Shown here piece after piece: positions 30,430 through 39,473 of a DNA stretch of 64,000 nt. A model generated the notes under the pieces. It ran no database searches. It was not told where the DNA came from and worked only from the letters and a program-made list of their open reading frames with translations. Origin of the DNA: Chlorobiota bacterium (GTDB lineage Bacteria > Bacteroidota > Ignavibacteria > OLB7); NCBI GenBank assembly GCA_021296135.1, contig JAGWAZ010000018.1, positions 31,808 through 95,807 on the forward strand, given 5' to 3'. The position numbers were made by a program, and so were the translations under genes. Numbering within the stretch: position 1 is the first letter of the stretch; each line of letters begins with the position of its first letter.

Positions 30430-31431
30430 CTACGTTCTCTTCTCTTTTCGACGCTTTCTTTTGCGCGACGGTATTTTTTCCGCGATCTTGTGGAATGTAC
30501 GTCGTGCATTCCAAGTGCTCTGTTTGATATGGTAAGCAACTTCCGCCCCAACCAAAAAGACCAGAGCCGTGTAGTAAATCCAGAAGGCGCTCGCCGCAAG
30601 GAAGGCATAGGCTCCGTATACACGGGAAAATGTCCTGAACTCAGCCAGGTAGATTGTAAAAACGACGCGTGCAAGCATCCAGAGGAGCGCACTGGTAAGC
30701 GTGCCGGCGAAGATGATGGTGTTCGGTTGCTTCTGGTACGGAGTAAAGCGGAAAATGACATAGAAGAGGATAAACGCAAGGCCGAGGTTTATCGACTCTG
30801 AAATAAACCAGTCCAGGTTGGCAATCGGGATAGCCTCGGCAATCCTGTCGTTGATTGATGCCACAACCTGGAGAAGAGGGCCAACAAGAATTGAGATGAA
30901 GACGAGGATTCCAATCAGTGCGATTGTGAGGATATCGTAAAGTTTGTAGACAAGGAAGAACTTTTCCTCACGACATCGCAGGATGTTATTGATGCCGACC
31001 CGGATTGATGAGGCAAGGGCAGAGCTTGTCCAGAGCAGGCCAATGAAACCGAGCACTCCGGCCAGACCACGGTTGGCTACAATGGCGCTGACCTGCGAGC
31101 CAACAAGCTCGATAATCTGTTCCTGTGAGCCGGCAGCAATTATGAACCGGTCGAGGTAAACCTTAAGCTGCTCTGTTACCTGATCCGGCTCAAGGACATA
31201 TCCAAGCACAAAAAACAGAATAAGAATGGTTGGCACAAGTGCGATAGTGATGTTGAAGGCGATGCCGGCTGCCTGCAAAAAGATGTGGTCGCCATCCGAG
31301 CGGAGAGCTATCTGCCAGATATTTTCACCAACCCAACGAAACCAGTCGCGAAGAGTGCGTGCTCTCTCGGCGAGTGGTTCGCCAAGAACCGAAAAGTTCG
31401 GTAATCTCTTATCGAGCAGTTGTTTCAGCAT
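30430..31431 (-). CDS. YihY/virulence factor BrkB family membrane protein
   Basis: AAGIAF, LLWTSS, YGA-x-A, WIYY-x-A-x-FLVGAE. Confidence 0.9.
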   Translation of the reverse strand: MLKQLLDKRLPNFSVLGEPLAERARTLRDWFRWVGENIWQIALRSDGDHIFLQAAGIAFNITIALVPTILILFFVLGYVLEPDQVTEQLKVYLDRFIIAAGSQEQIIELVGSQVSAIVANRGLAGVLGFIGLLWTSSALASSIRVGINNILRCREEKFFLVYKLYDILTIALIGILVFISILVGPLLQVVASINDRIAEAIPIANLDWFISESINLGLAFILFYVIFRFTPYQKQPNTIIFAGTLTSALLWMLARVVFTIYLAEFRTFSRVYGAYAFLAASAFWIYYTALVFLVGAEVAYHIKQSTWNARRTFHKIAEKIPSRKRKRRKEKRT

Positions 31432-31538
31432 ACTCTCTCGTGTCTGAAACCTGCATACTAAGAAAAGCGCCCGACATCATGGAATCTTATGACGAGCATT
31501 TGTGATCCCTCTAACGATAAAGCATCTACTGGCGTAGC

Positions 31539-32180
31539 TTACTTTGTCAGATCAATTATGTTCGCTCCTTTCGGAGGAGTAAACGTAAAACGGGAAGAAG
31601 AAATCGTTTTGTTGTAATTAGCGCTCGTAATTGTCAACGTCATTGTTCCAAGCGATGCACTGTTGACGGTGATTTTACGGAAGCGATATGTGCTCTTGTC
31701 AATGTATAGTGTTGCGCTGGAGATGTCTCCAACGCGACTTGAGTCGGATGCAGTGCATTGAACTATCCAGCAGCTCTTACCATTCACAGTTGTACTTCCG
31801 TCAAGAGTTGAGGAGTAATCTCCGGGAAATGATCGAAGTATATCGTTCGGTGTGACCTGTCGGCCACTTGCCGCCTTGTTGATCACGACCTGATTTCTCT
31901 CCTTGATATATGTCCAGCTCTTTGTCCCATTGCTGACAATGGTCTGACTTGGGAGCGTGAGTCGGAATTTATTCCCGGAAGAATACTCTAGTCTACCGGT
32001 TGCGGTCCCTGTAGAACCCGACTGGGAAAACGTGATTTTTGCCGAAGTTGTTTTACTGTATAACTCTTTGGTCTTTTTCACAATGTTCTCAACATCATCC
32101 TTAAGCATATGGGCCTGGAGTGCAAGGGGAAAGAAAAAGGCAATAGTGAGAAGTCCGAGTATTCTTTGCATAATGGTCAA
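31539..32180 (-). CDS. lolA: Outer-membrane lipoprotein carrier LolA family
   Basis: KFRL, QTIVSNGTKSWTY, NQVVI, FTFTPPKGA-x-IIDL. Confidence 0.85.
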   Translation of the reverse strand: MTIMQRILGLLTIAFFFPLALQAHMLKDDVENIVKKTKELYSKTTSAKITFSQSGSTGTATGRLEYSSGNKFRLTLPSQTIVSNGTKSWTYIKERNQVVINKAASGRQVTPNDILRSFPGDYSSTLDGSTTVNGKSCWIVQCTASDSSRVGDISSATLYIDKSTYRFRKITVNSASLGTMTLTITSANYNKTISSSRFTFTPPKGANIIDLTK

Positions 32181-32331
32181 TCAAATCAGTTGTTCGGTCA
32201 ATATCGCATGTTTGTCGGACTACATGGAGAAGTGTTTAACGGAAAATGCCAATTTTTCTAATGTCAATTGTCGAATGATACAAGTAATCGGTACAACCTT
32301 CGTTCGACATTCGAACTTTGAAAATCACAAT

Positions 32332-34509
32332 TCACCATTTCCAATCTGCCTGGAGAGTCCATCTTCCGCTTAGGTTTCCCCGAATTTCCTGCAAACTTCC
32401 TTCAGAGATGATCTCCCGGTCGGCATACCATGTTTCCGCATACCGGGCGGAAATAGAAAAAGATTCTTCGGGAGACCATTCGGCCATCAGATAAAACCGA
32501 CGTCCTTCCCCTGAGAGTGCAATGTTCGTTAATCTTCCTGGAACATCCTGTTCAAATTCGTACAGGCGAACATCACTCCTTTCGGCATTAAACAATATAA
32601 GCCGAGAACCGAATCTTACGGTTGATAGCGGTTTCCATTGGATGTCAAGAAAGCTCAAGGTGCCATCGGCATCCTCTATACTGTTTGAATATCTTGCAAC
32701 CTTCTGCTCAAGACGTGCGCGGATTTCTATTGGACTATCATGGGGTTTCCAAATAGCTGTGATACGGCCGTTGGCAATTATACGATCTACCAGTTGCTCT
32801 ATGCCACGTCCAAGCTCATCTTCTGTTTTGATAACATCATCACGTTTCTCCGTTTTTAATCGTGCCTGAAGTTGCAATGCGGGTGTTATCCTATACTCAA
32901 ACAAACCCATGGCATCGATTCCCGAAACCGGAAGGGGTACTGTTGAGGTAGCTTCCGGTAGGCGATAGATATCCGTATAGAACGAGAGGAATGCTCTCGG
33001 GAACAACCGAGTGCGCACACCAAGATAAAGACCGAATTCATTCCGGGGATTTGCCGGAGATTCGCCGAACCCAACGCCATAGGGGGAGAAGAAAGATGTC
33101 TGGTAATATCGTGTGGAGAGGGTCAGGTCAATTCCTGAAAGCCGGATGGCCGTGCCAACTATTCCGGCAAAGGCCCCATTGCCTGTGAGGGCAAACTCCC
33201 CAAAGGTTCGACCCGCAGCAAATGGAGTTTCAAAGTCAAGGCTGGCAAGATCCCATTGACTACCATGAAAATCATAGGGAAGGGTTCCACCGAGCGGGCT
33301 ATCATACTGGCCGGTAGAGGCGGTCAATCCAATCCGGGACTCACTGATATGACCTGAGATATTTCCACCGATGATTTGTTCGGTCAGCCTGCCGGCTCTG
33401 CGAATATCTCTTCGTGTTCGAAGCAGTCCGTCATCTCGAATCGAAGTCACAAGGACCTCTGCATCGGCTCCACCCTCAGTCTGAGGAATAATGCTTGCGG
33501 CCAGTGAACGTTGTGAATAAAACCCGGTTACCTCGAGCCAGGAGGGGAGCCAGTCACCACGCCCAAGGATGATTCCGGCACCACGAAAGAAGTATCGCTC
33601 TCCGGTTGATCGGTAACCTTGCAATCCTCCTCGTCCGTTGTATGGATCACGCGTTGGGGAACTTCCTTTTCTACCCCCAAACGTTCTGCCAAAGAGAAGT
33701 CCCTGACCAAAATTTGCGGAGTAATCACCGAGGAAAATGGTTGCCGGTTCCAACTCAGCAACCAGATGTCCGCTCAGGAATCCTCCGAATCCCGAGCGCG
33801 TCGTAAAGGAAGAAAGCTCTTGCGGATCAACCTTCTCGAAATTGTTGTAGGTAAACTCTGCTGTGTCTCTATAGATCAATTCCTCTCCTGGATCTTTTTC
33901 AAAGGTGATACCGGCCGAAATCCGGTCATGGCCTAAAAGAAGACGAGTCAGTATCCCTTGTTCGGTTCCCAAGTATCGGGATCCAAGCGCTATCGTGTCG
34001 AGACCTGTGGAGTCACCGGTCAACAGATCTCGTCGGATAAGAAGACGGTACTCTTTTTCGGAGAAGCCACGCCGTTTCTGGACATCTTGGGTAACCCGGG
34101 AACGGAGTTGTATTGAAAGCGGGGGTTTGCCAGATGCTCCCTGTCGAAGTTCCAGCGTAGTGAAGGCGCTGAGAAGCTGTAGCAGATATGAGTCAATCCA
34201 GTCGAGTCCGGCGAAATCTTCGAAGTTGGATGGAGATTCCGTCTGAAGAAATTCGATGATGCGTGCCGCGGTCTGTAGAGAAACCCCGGGAAGCTCTACG
34301 AGTTTCTCCACTGTTGTATTGTAGAGAGGAAGAGGCTGTGCAAGGTAACCTTCAAGAAGGTCAATGATCGATTGATCGACCTCCTCTTCGCTCCCCATCT
34401 CTTCGAGAAGGCGTTCAAGCTCTGCTTCGGTTGGGAGTTGAGCAAAGAGTATATGAGGAAGAATTATCCAAAGGCAAAACAAAAGGACTTGTGGGAAATA
34501 TGTCTTCAT
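32332..34509 (-). CDS. Helix-hairpin-helix (ComEA-like) domain outer-membrane protein
   Basis: L-x-ELPGVS-x3-A-x-I HhH motif, EKDPGE, GDY-x3-FGQGL, LYEFEQDV, C-terminal W. Confidence 0.75.
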   Translation of the reverse strand: MKTYFPQVLLFCLWIILPHILFAQLPTEAELERLLEEMGSEEEVDQSIIDLLEGYLAQPLPLYNTTVEKLVELPGVSLQTAARIIEFLQTESPSNFEDFAGLDWIDSYLLQLLSAFTTLELRQGASGKPPLSIQLRSRVTQDVQKRRGFSEKEYRLLIRRDLLTGDSTGLDTIALGSRYLGTEQGILTRLLLGHDRISAGITFEKDPGEELIYRDTAEFTYNNFEKVDPQELSSFTTRSGFGGFLSGHLVAELEPATIFLGDYSANFGQGLLFGRTFGGRKGSSPTRDPYNGRGGLQGYRSTGERYFFRGAGIILGRGDWLPSWLEVTGFYSQRSLAASIIPQTEGGADAEVLVTSIRDDGLLRTRRDIRRAGRLTEQIIGGNISGHISESRIGLTASTGQYDSPLGGTLPYDFHGSQWDLASLDFETPFAAGRTFGEFALTGNGAFAGIVGTAIRLSGIDLTLSTRYYQTSFFSPYGVGFGESPANPRNEFGLYLGVRTRLFPRAFLSFYTDIYRLPEATSTVPLPVSGIDAMGLFEYRITPALQLQARLKTEKRDDVIKTEDELGRGIEQLVDRIIANGRITAIWKPHDSPIEIRARLEQKVARYSNSIEDADGTLSFLDIQWKPLSTVRFGSRLILFNAERSDVRLYEFEQDVPGRLTNIALSGEGRRFYLMAEWSPEESFSISARYAETWYADREIISEGSLQEIRGNLSGRWTLQADWKW

Positions 34510-34577
34510 AGTTCAGTTGGTAGTGAGTTAATGATTGTGATGATCTGTCGCGACACAAAGCTGTCAGAAGAGCTGGA

Positions 34578-35405
34578 TTACCACGTGATTCCTGCTCCGA
34601 ATACGTGACGAAGGCCGAGTGGATCGACATACGATCCGCCATAATCAACGATAACGTTGTCGGTTCGGAATCCCAGGCCAAAGCCAACTGTCGATGGCTC
34701 TGATCCCATCCCGGCTCGAAGAGAAAGGTTCTTGAGTGGTTCAAGCTCAATTCCAAAAGCAAAGCCAAGATCGCGACGTAGCTCTTGGATCACGTCGAGC
34801 GATAGAGAAAGCATTGAGTCTGGAGTCCACCCAAAACCGAACGCCAGGCGTTGCGGAATATCCTGATCCGTTATTGCGCTTCGCGTAGTGTTGATAAAGG
34901 AGGCGCCGAAAGTTGCTTTCGGTGAAACCTGAACCTGTACCCCTATATCGAGAAGCGGAATAACACTTGAACCATAGCGTTGAATCGAGACGCTCTGTAG
35001 CAACAGAGTAGCCCCAACGCTCAGGTGTTTCTCAATCTGTGCTGCTCCAACGATTCCTCCGGCGGCTTCGCGGTATTCTCCGCTTCCAAAGGCGGCTCCA
35101 GACAAACCGACCTGAACCGATTCTCCAATTACGGCTCCTCCAATGAATGCACCTTCCTTGTAATCTTCAATACCAAGTGCTGATGGTGAGAAACAGCCGA
35201 GCAGAACTCCACTCTGAAGCGAAGCGAGTGAAGCCGGATTTTGGTGTACGAACCATGCGCTGCCGGTCCGTCCGGTTGTTGAGCCGGCAAACCCAGCCTC
35301 AAGTGGATCGACTCGTTGAAGCGTCTGAGCAAACATGAAGGAGGAAGTGCAGGCAATAAGGGCTACAAAAACTGACAGCCTCCGAAGCATCGAAAACGTA
35401 TACAT
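34578..35405 (-). CDS. PorV/PorQ-like outer-membrane beta-barrel
   Basis: Signal peptide, QNPASLA, LSLRAG, VDYG...LG-x-H-x-F-x3-W terminal strand. Confidence 0.65.
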   Translation of the reverse strand: MYTFSMLRRLSVFVALIACTSSFMFAQTLQRVDPLEAGFAGSTTGRTGSAWFVHQNPASLASLQSGVLLGCFSPSALGIEDYKEGAFIGGAVIGESVQVGLSGAAFGSGEYREAAGGIVGAAQIEKHLSVGATLLLQSVSIQRYGSSVIPLLDIGVQVQVSPKATFGASFINTTRSAITDQDIPQRLAFGFGWTPDSMLSLSLDVIQELRRDLGFAFGIELEPLKNLSLRAGMGSEPSTVGFGLGFRTDNVIVDYGGSYVDPLGLRHVFGAGITW

Positions 35406-35494
35406 GACAGCGTCGTTCAGGGTTGATTGAACTGTTGGAATAACTTAGCCTCGATAATGCAAAACATTTTTGATTCACGCAAGACCTACTCTCA

Positions 35495-36511
35495 ATGAAT
35501 ATTCTTGTTATAGGGGGAACGATCTTCCTCGGTCGCCACTTCGTTCAAGCTGTGTTAAATGCGGGACATCAACTTACGCTCTTCCATCGTGGCAAATCAA
35601 ATCCCAATCTCTTCCCCGAAGCAGAACATATACTTGGCGATCGACGTTTGACCGAGGACTTGAAGAAGTTGGAGGGCCGATCATGGGATGCCCTTTTCGA
35701 TCCGAGCGGATACTTCCCACGCGATGTTGAGACCTTGCTTGATGTGGTCGGGCTGAACGTCAACCACTACACGTTTATCTCAAGCATCGGTGTTTATCCT
35801 CATGGTAAGGAGGGATCGAATGAGAATTCTCCTGTTGAAGAGTTGACTTCTCAGATGTCCCGTGATAAGATTACCCCGGAGAACTATGGCCCTTTGAAAG
35901 CGGCTGCCGAGGCAAAGGGAGAAGAGATGTTGTCCGGGAAAACGCTGAATATCCGACCTGGATTGATTGCCGGACCGCACGATCCAAGCGATCGTTTTAC
36001 CTATTGGCCCTGGCGTGTATTGCAGGGAGGAAGAGTCCTCGCTCCAGGTATACCGGAGCAGTCCGTGCAGGTTATTGATGGACGCGATCTTGCCGGGTGG
36101 ATATTGCGGTTGGTTGAGACCGGTACTACTGGCCTCTTTAACGGAACCGGACCCGCACAACCTATGCCAATGAATCGATTTCTGGGGACGTGCAAGGAAT
36201 CTCTTGGATCTGATGCTGAATTCCTCTGGGCAAGCGAAGAGTTTCTTGCAGAACATAAGGTCTCCGCATATACTGAAATGCCTCTCTGGATTCCTTCTGA
36301 GTCGAATGGAATGAATCAGGCAGATATCTCTCGTGCCCTGGAAGCAGGGTTGACCTTTCGCCCGATTGAAGAGACAATTCGTGAGACTATGGAATGGTTC
36401 AAGACGACAGATCGATTTGAAGATGGGTTGCGGGCTGGAATTTCGCGTGATCGTGAACGCGAATTACTGGGAGAGTTGAGCCTGAAAGGAGAATCTATCG
36501 AAAAAGAATAG
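35495..36511 (+). CDS. NAD-dependent epimerase/dehydratase (isoflavone-reductase-like SDR)
   Basis: GGTIFLG, YGPLKA, RPGLIAGP-x-D-x-SDRFTYWP. Confidence 0.9.
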   Translation: MNILVIGGTIFLGRHFVQAVLNAGHQLTLFHRGKSNPNLFPEAEHILGDRRLTEDLKKLEGRSWDALFDPSGYFPRDVETLLDVVGLNVNHYTFISSIGVYPHGKEGSNENSPVEELTSQMSRDKITPENYGPLKAAAEAKGEEMLSGKTLNIRPGLIAGPHDPSDRFTYWPWRVLQGGRVLAPGIPEQSVQVIDGRDLAGWILRLVETGTTGLFNGTGPAQPMPMNRFLGTCKESLGSDAEFLWASEEFLAEHKVSAYTEMPLWIPSESNGMNQADISRALEAGLTFRPIEETIRETMEWFKTTDRFEDGLRAGISRDRERELLGELSLKGESIEKE

Positions 36512-36535
36512 GCACAAAGAGATGGATGCGATGGA

Positions 36536-37393
36536 CTATCCCCCAAGCAAAACTACTGCCACCGCAGCAAAGCCGATGCCAATCCATGCAGGGCGTGTAA
36601 GCTGTTTCCGCCATATCGACACTGCAGCAAGCGTTGCAGTAACAACACCTCCTGCGCTGACGATCGGGAAGACAACCGAGGCTGGAACTTCATGAAGAGC
36701 CTGGATAAGAAACCAACTGGCGAGGCAGCTTGGGATGCCAAGCAGTCCACCGAGCAAGAGATCATGTCTTTCTATAGCGGCTGATGCCTGTTGTTTACCC
36801 TGAATCGATCGAAAGGCAATAATCCTCCAACAGATCACGGCTGAACATCCAAACAGATAAAAGAGCAAGGGCCCATGCTCCACATGGTTGGCTTGAGCAA
36901 TCTTCATTGAGAATTCGTTAAGCGTCATAACGAAGAAGAGGAGAGTAAGGAGGAGTATCGTTCCGAAGTCATAGCTCTTCTTTTTTGCATCTGCGCGTTG
37001 TGACAGCCCGAGGAAGATAAATGTAATGAGGCCAAGAAGAATGCCGAGAATTCTGAGCGGATCAGGCTGCTCGTGGTAAATGATAATTGAGAGGATAATC
37101 GGCCCGATAGTGGCGGTTCGTGCAACACTGCCGGTGATGGCAAGTCCTGTCGACCTGATGGCCTTCATCAATAGCAGAAAGCCTGCAACAAATCTACCCC
37201 CAACAAGCAAGGCAAATCCTAACCACGGTGTTGCCAGCGTGGGATTCCCTTTCGCAATTACAAAGCCCGGAACCGAGACAACAATATAGTTCGCTCCGGC
37301 AACAACGATGCGGTCTCCCTTCCGGGTTTCATTGAACTTAAGAATGAGAGCGATTGCAAGAGAAGAGATAACGGTCAGCAGAACATAGAACAT
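36536..37393 (-). CDS. DMT/EamA family transporter
   Basis: About 10 hydrophobic segments in a duplicated arrangement; VPASVVFP. Confidence 0.8.
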   Translation of the reverse strand: MFYVLLTVISSLAIALILKFNETRKGDRIVVAGANYIVVSVPGFVIAKGNPTLATPWLGFALLVGGRFVAGFLLLMKAIRSTGLAITGSVARTATIGPIILSIIIYHEQPDPLRILGILLGLITFIFLGLSQRADAKKKSYDFGTILLLTLLFFVMTLNEFSMKIAQANHVEHGPLLFYLFGCSAVICWRIIAFRSIQGKQQASAAIERHDLLLGGLLGIPSCLASWFLIQALHEVPASVVFPIVSAGGVVTATLAAVSIWRKQLTRPAWIGIGFAAVAVVLLGG

Positions 37394-37408
37394 ACTACTA
37401 CCGGAGAG

Positions 37409-37780
37409 TCAGTTCAGATGAGTTGGCATAAGCCTTTTCTGCTTGCGACGGTAATGGAGTAGATCGTGGAGGAGGCTCTGGAGCGCTGCCCGGCTTATCT
37501 GTTCTTCGCCAAACTCTTCATGTCGTACACGATAAATACGATTCCTTCCTTCATGCCCATCATACGGTTCAATTGTCAACGCCCCGTAGCCCATGTCAAA
37601 GAAGGGACTTTTCCCGCGAAGGTACTCCTGAACCTCGTGTATCTCCTCAACGCCAAGCTCTGCGTTCAGCATCTTCCAGAGGATATCATCGTTCTGTCGT
37701 GATCGATTCGCCATGTGTGATAATAGTTCCTGGCGTTTAGCGAATGAAGATAAAGAACGAAGCCGGATCAGTAAGAACAT
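37409..37780 (-). CDS. Hypothetical protein (start possibly 37714)
   Basis: Co-oriented ORF filling the gap; no recognised motif. Confidence 0.5.
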   Translation of the reverse strand: MFLLIRLRSLSSFAKRQELLSHMANRSRQNDDILWKMLNAELGVEEIHEVQEYLRGKSPFFDMGYGALTIEPYDGHEGRNRIYRVRHEEFGEEQISRAALQSLLHDLLHYRRKQKRLMPTHLN

Positions 37781-37822
37781 TCCGACCCGGCCTCACAACC
37801 AAATGGTTCAAAGCGCATCTGT

Positions 37823-38546
37823 TCAGTCGTGTGACTCCTCATGTTTGACCATCACTATTTGTGCATCGATGCTATCACCCTCGTCAAGCGTTCCTGTAAG
37901 TGCAACTGTATAGATATACCTCTCCTCAAGAGTAAATGGGAGATCAGGAAGAATAGGCTGTTTGCCATCAACTTCCTGAATTCTCAGCGTGACCTCTCCG
38001 GCATCAACCGACGTGAAATTTTCGGTTTTTTCAAGGAATGCAGCGTCGGGGATAATTGCCCCCTGGCCCGTTCCCTGAAAAGAGAGCTTGACGTTGGAGG
38101 CATCAGGGATAAGGTGTGCAATGCGAATGTGCCCTTTGCCGGCAGAAGGTTCGGAAAGATTATCCTGGAAGCGTAGAAGGCTGAAGACGTTTTGATCATT
38201 ATTGACGGCAAAAAGTGTGTAGTGTTCGTCTTTTGTAAGCGTCAGGTTCTCATCTATGACCGGATTGGCAGCATCGCCTGTTGGAGTAACCCGTACCCGT
38301 CGTTCACCCGCCTCGATCTCATCATAGCCCGCTCCGAATTGACTAAATGTTGCGTTGGTGACGGCAGTCATAATCATCAATCAGGAGATCAACGCCTGCC
38401 GCTGCCGGTGCTGCGTGTATGAAGAGAATCTCCGTATGGTCATCGCTCTCCTCTGGTGGTTGGGTCGTATCCTCTTCACATCCCTGGAAAAGAGGGAGTC
38501 CGACTACGATAACCGGAAGCAGTAAGAAGAATTTGATCTTCTTCAT
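37823..38546 (-). pseudogene. DUF4397 lipoprotein, split by a 1-nt frameshift near 38372
   Basis: Lipobox FQGC plus FIHAAP-x3-GVDLLIDD in 38343..38546; the rest (IRIAHLIPDA, YTVALTG) is in 37823..38380. Confidence 0.8.
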
Positions 38547-38556
38547 TTCGTGTTCT

Positions 38557-39273
38557 TCAATTATGCTTGATGACCGTTAATGATGGGGCAGCAGTTGTGC
38601 CGGTGGCAGCAAGAGTATAGATCTTCCCGTCCTCCAACGTTACCTGCTCTTCCAGGATTGGGTCTATTCCTGTTCCGGTAGTATCGCCAGGTCCGGTCAG
38701 CTGCGCATCCATAAACCTGACGACCTGATATGGGTTAGGAGGAACTGCTTGGACAAAAGATTCGCTATTCTGTTTGAACTCAAGGCTGTCATATAACGGT
38801 CCAAGACCAGACTCCTTGAGAGCTACACGTGTTTTCGGAGCATCAAAAATCAGATGTGCTGCACGAATCAAAGCCGTTCCTGACGCCGGCGTTGTCAAAT
38901 CATCCCTGAACAGAAGTAGGTCTGCGTTCCCGGCCCCATCGTTGATGGCAATAAGCGTGTAGCTCTCACTCTCTTCAAAGCGATGAATACCCTCAAAGAT
39001 TGTGTTTGTCGTACCAGAGGAGACAAGCTTGACGTTACGTGTTCCGGATGCCACATCGAGATATGTGGTCACGTTACCAAAACTGTGATTGAGAGCGACG
39101 GACTCTCCTTCTACAAGGAGGTGAACGCCTTGTACGGCAGTATCGGGAGCCGCATGGAAAAATATAACTTTTGGTTTTACCTCAACCGGATCGATTGTGT
39201 CTTCGCTACAACCTGTGGCGAATATACCGGCAGTAAGTATGAGGGGAAGTAGAACAGAATACATTTGTTTCAT
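38557..39273 (-). CDS. DUF4397 domain lipoprotein
   Basis: Lipobox ATGC, FFHAAPD, IRAAHLIFDAP, GKIYTL. Confidence 0.85.
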   Translation of the reverse strand: MKQMYSVLLPLILTAGIFATGCSEDTIDPVEVKPKVIFFHAAPDTAVQGVHLLVEGESVALNHSFGNVTTYLDVASGTRNVKLVSSGTTNTIFEGIHRFEESESYTLIAINDGAGNADLLLFRDDLTTPASGTALIRAAHLIFDAPKTRVALKESGLGPLYDSLEFKQNSESFVQAVPPNPYQVVRFMDAQLTGPGDTTGTGIDPILEEQVTLEDGKIYTLAATGTTAAPSLTVIKHN

Positions 39274-39316
39274 GATTTCTTTGTATCGATAGATGTCCCA
39301 GAAACGTATTTACCAA

Positions 39317-39423
39317 ATGATACCACATTTCTATGATAGACGGTTATATCAAGATGTTACAGATATGTGTTTATTCGGATGATAACACGCTTCTATGATA
39401 GACAGTTAAATCGAGTTGATAGA
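39317..39423. repeat. Imperfect direct repeat (2 x ~45 bp, 62-bp period) upstream of the DUF4397 pair
   Basis: ATGATAcCACatTTCTATGATAGACgGTTAtATCaAG at 39317 and ATGATAaCACgcTTCTATGATAGACaGTTAaATCgAG at 39379. Confidence 0.75.
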
Positions 39424-39473
39424 ACACTCGATAGGTATGGAATGTTCACCTTTTGATCTGATGTCGAAGTCTC

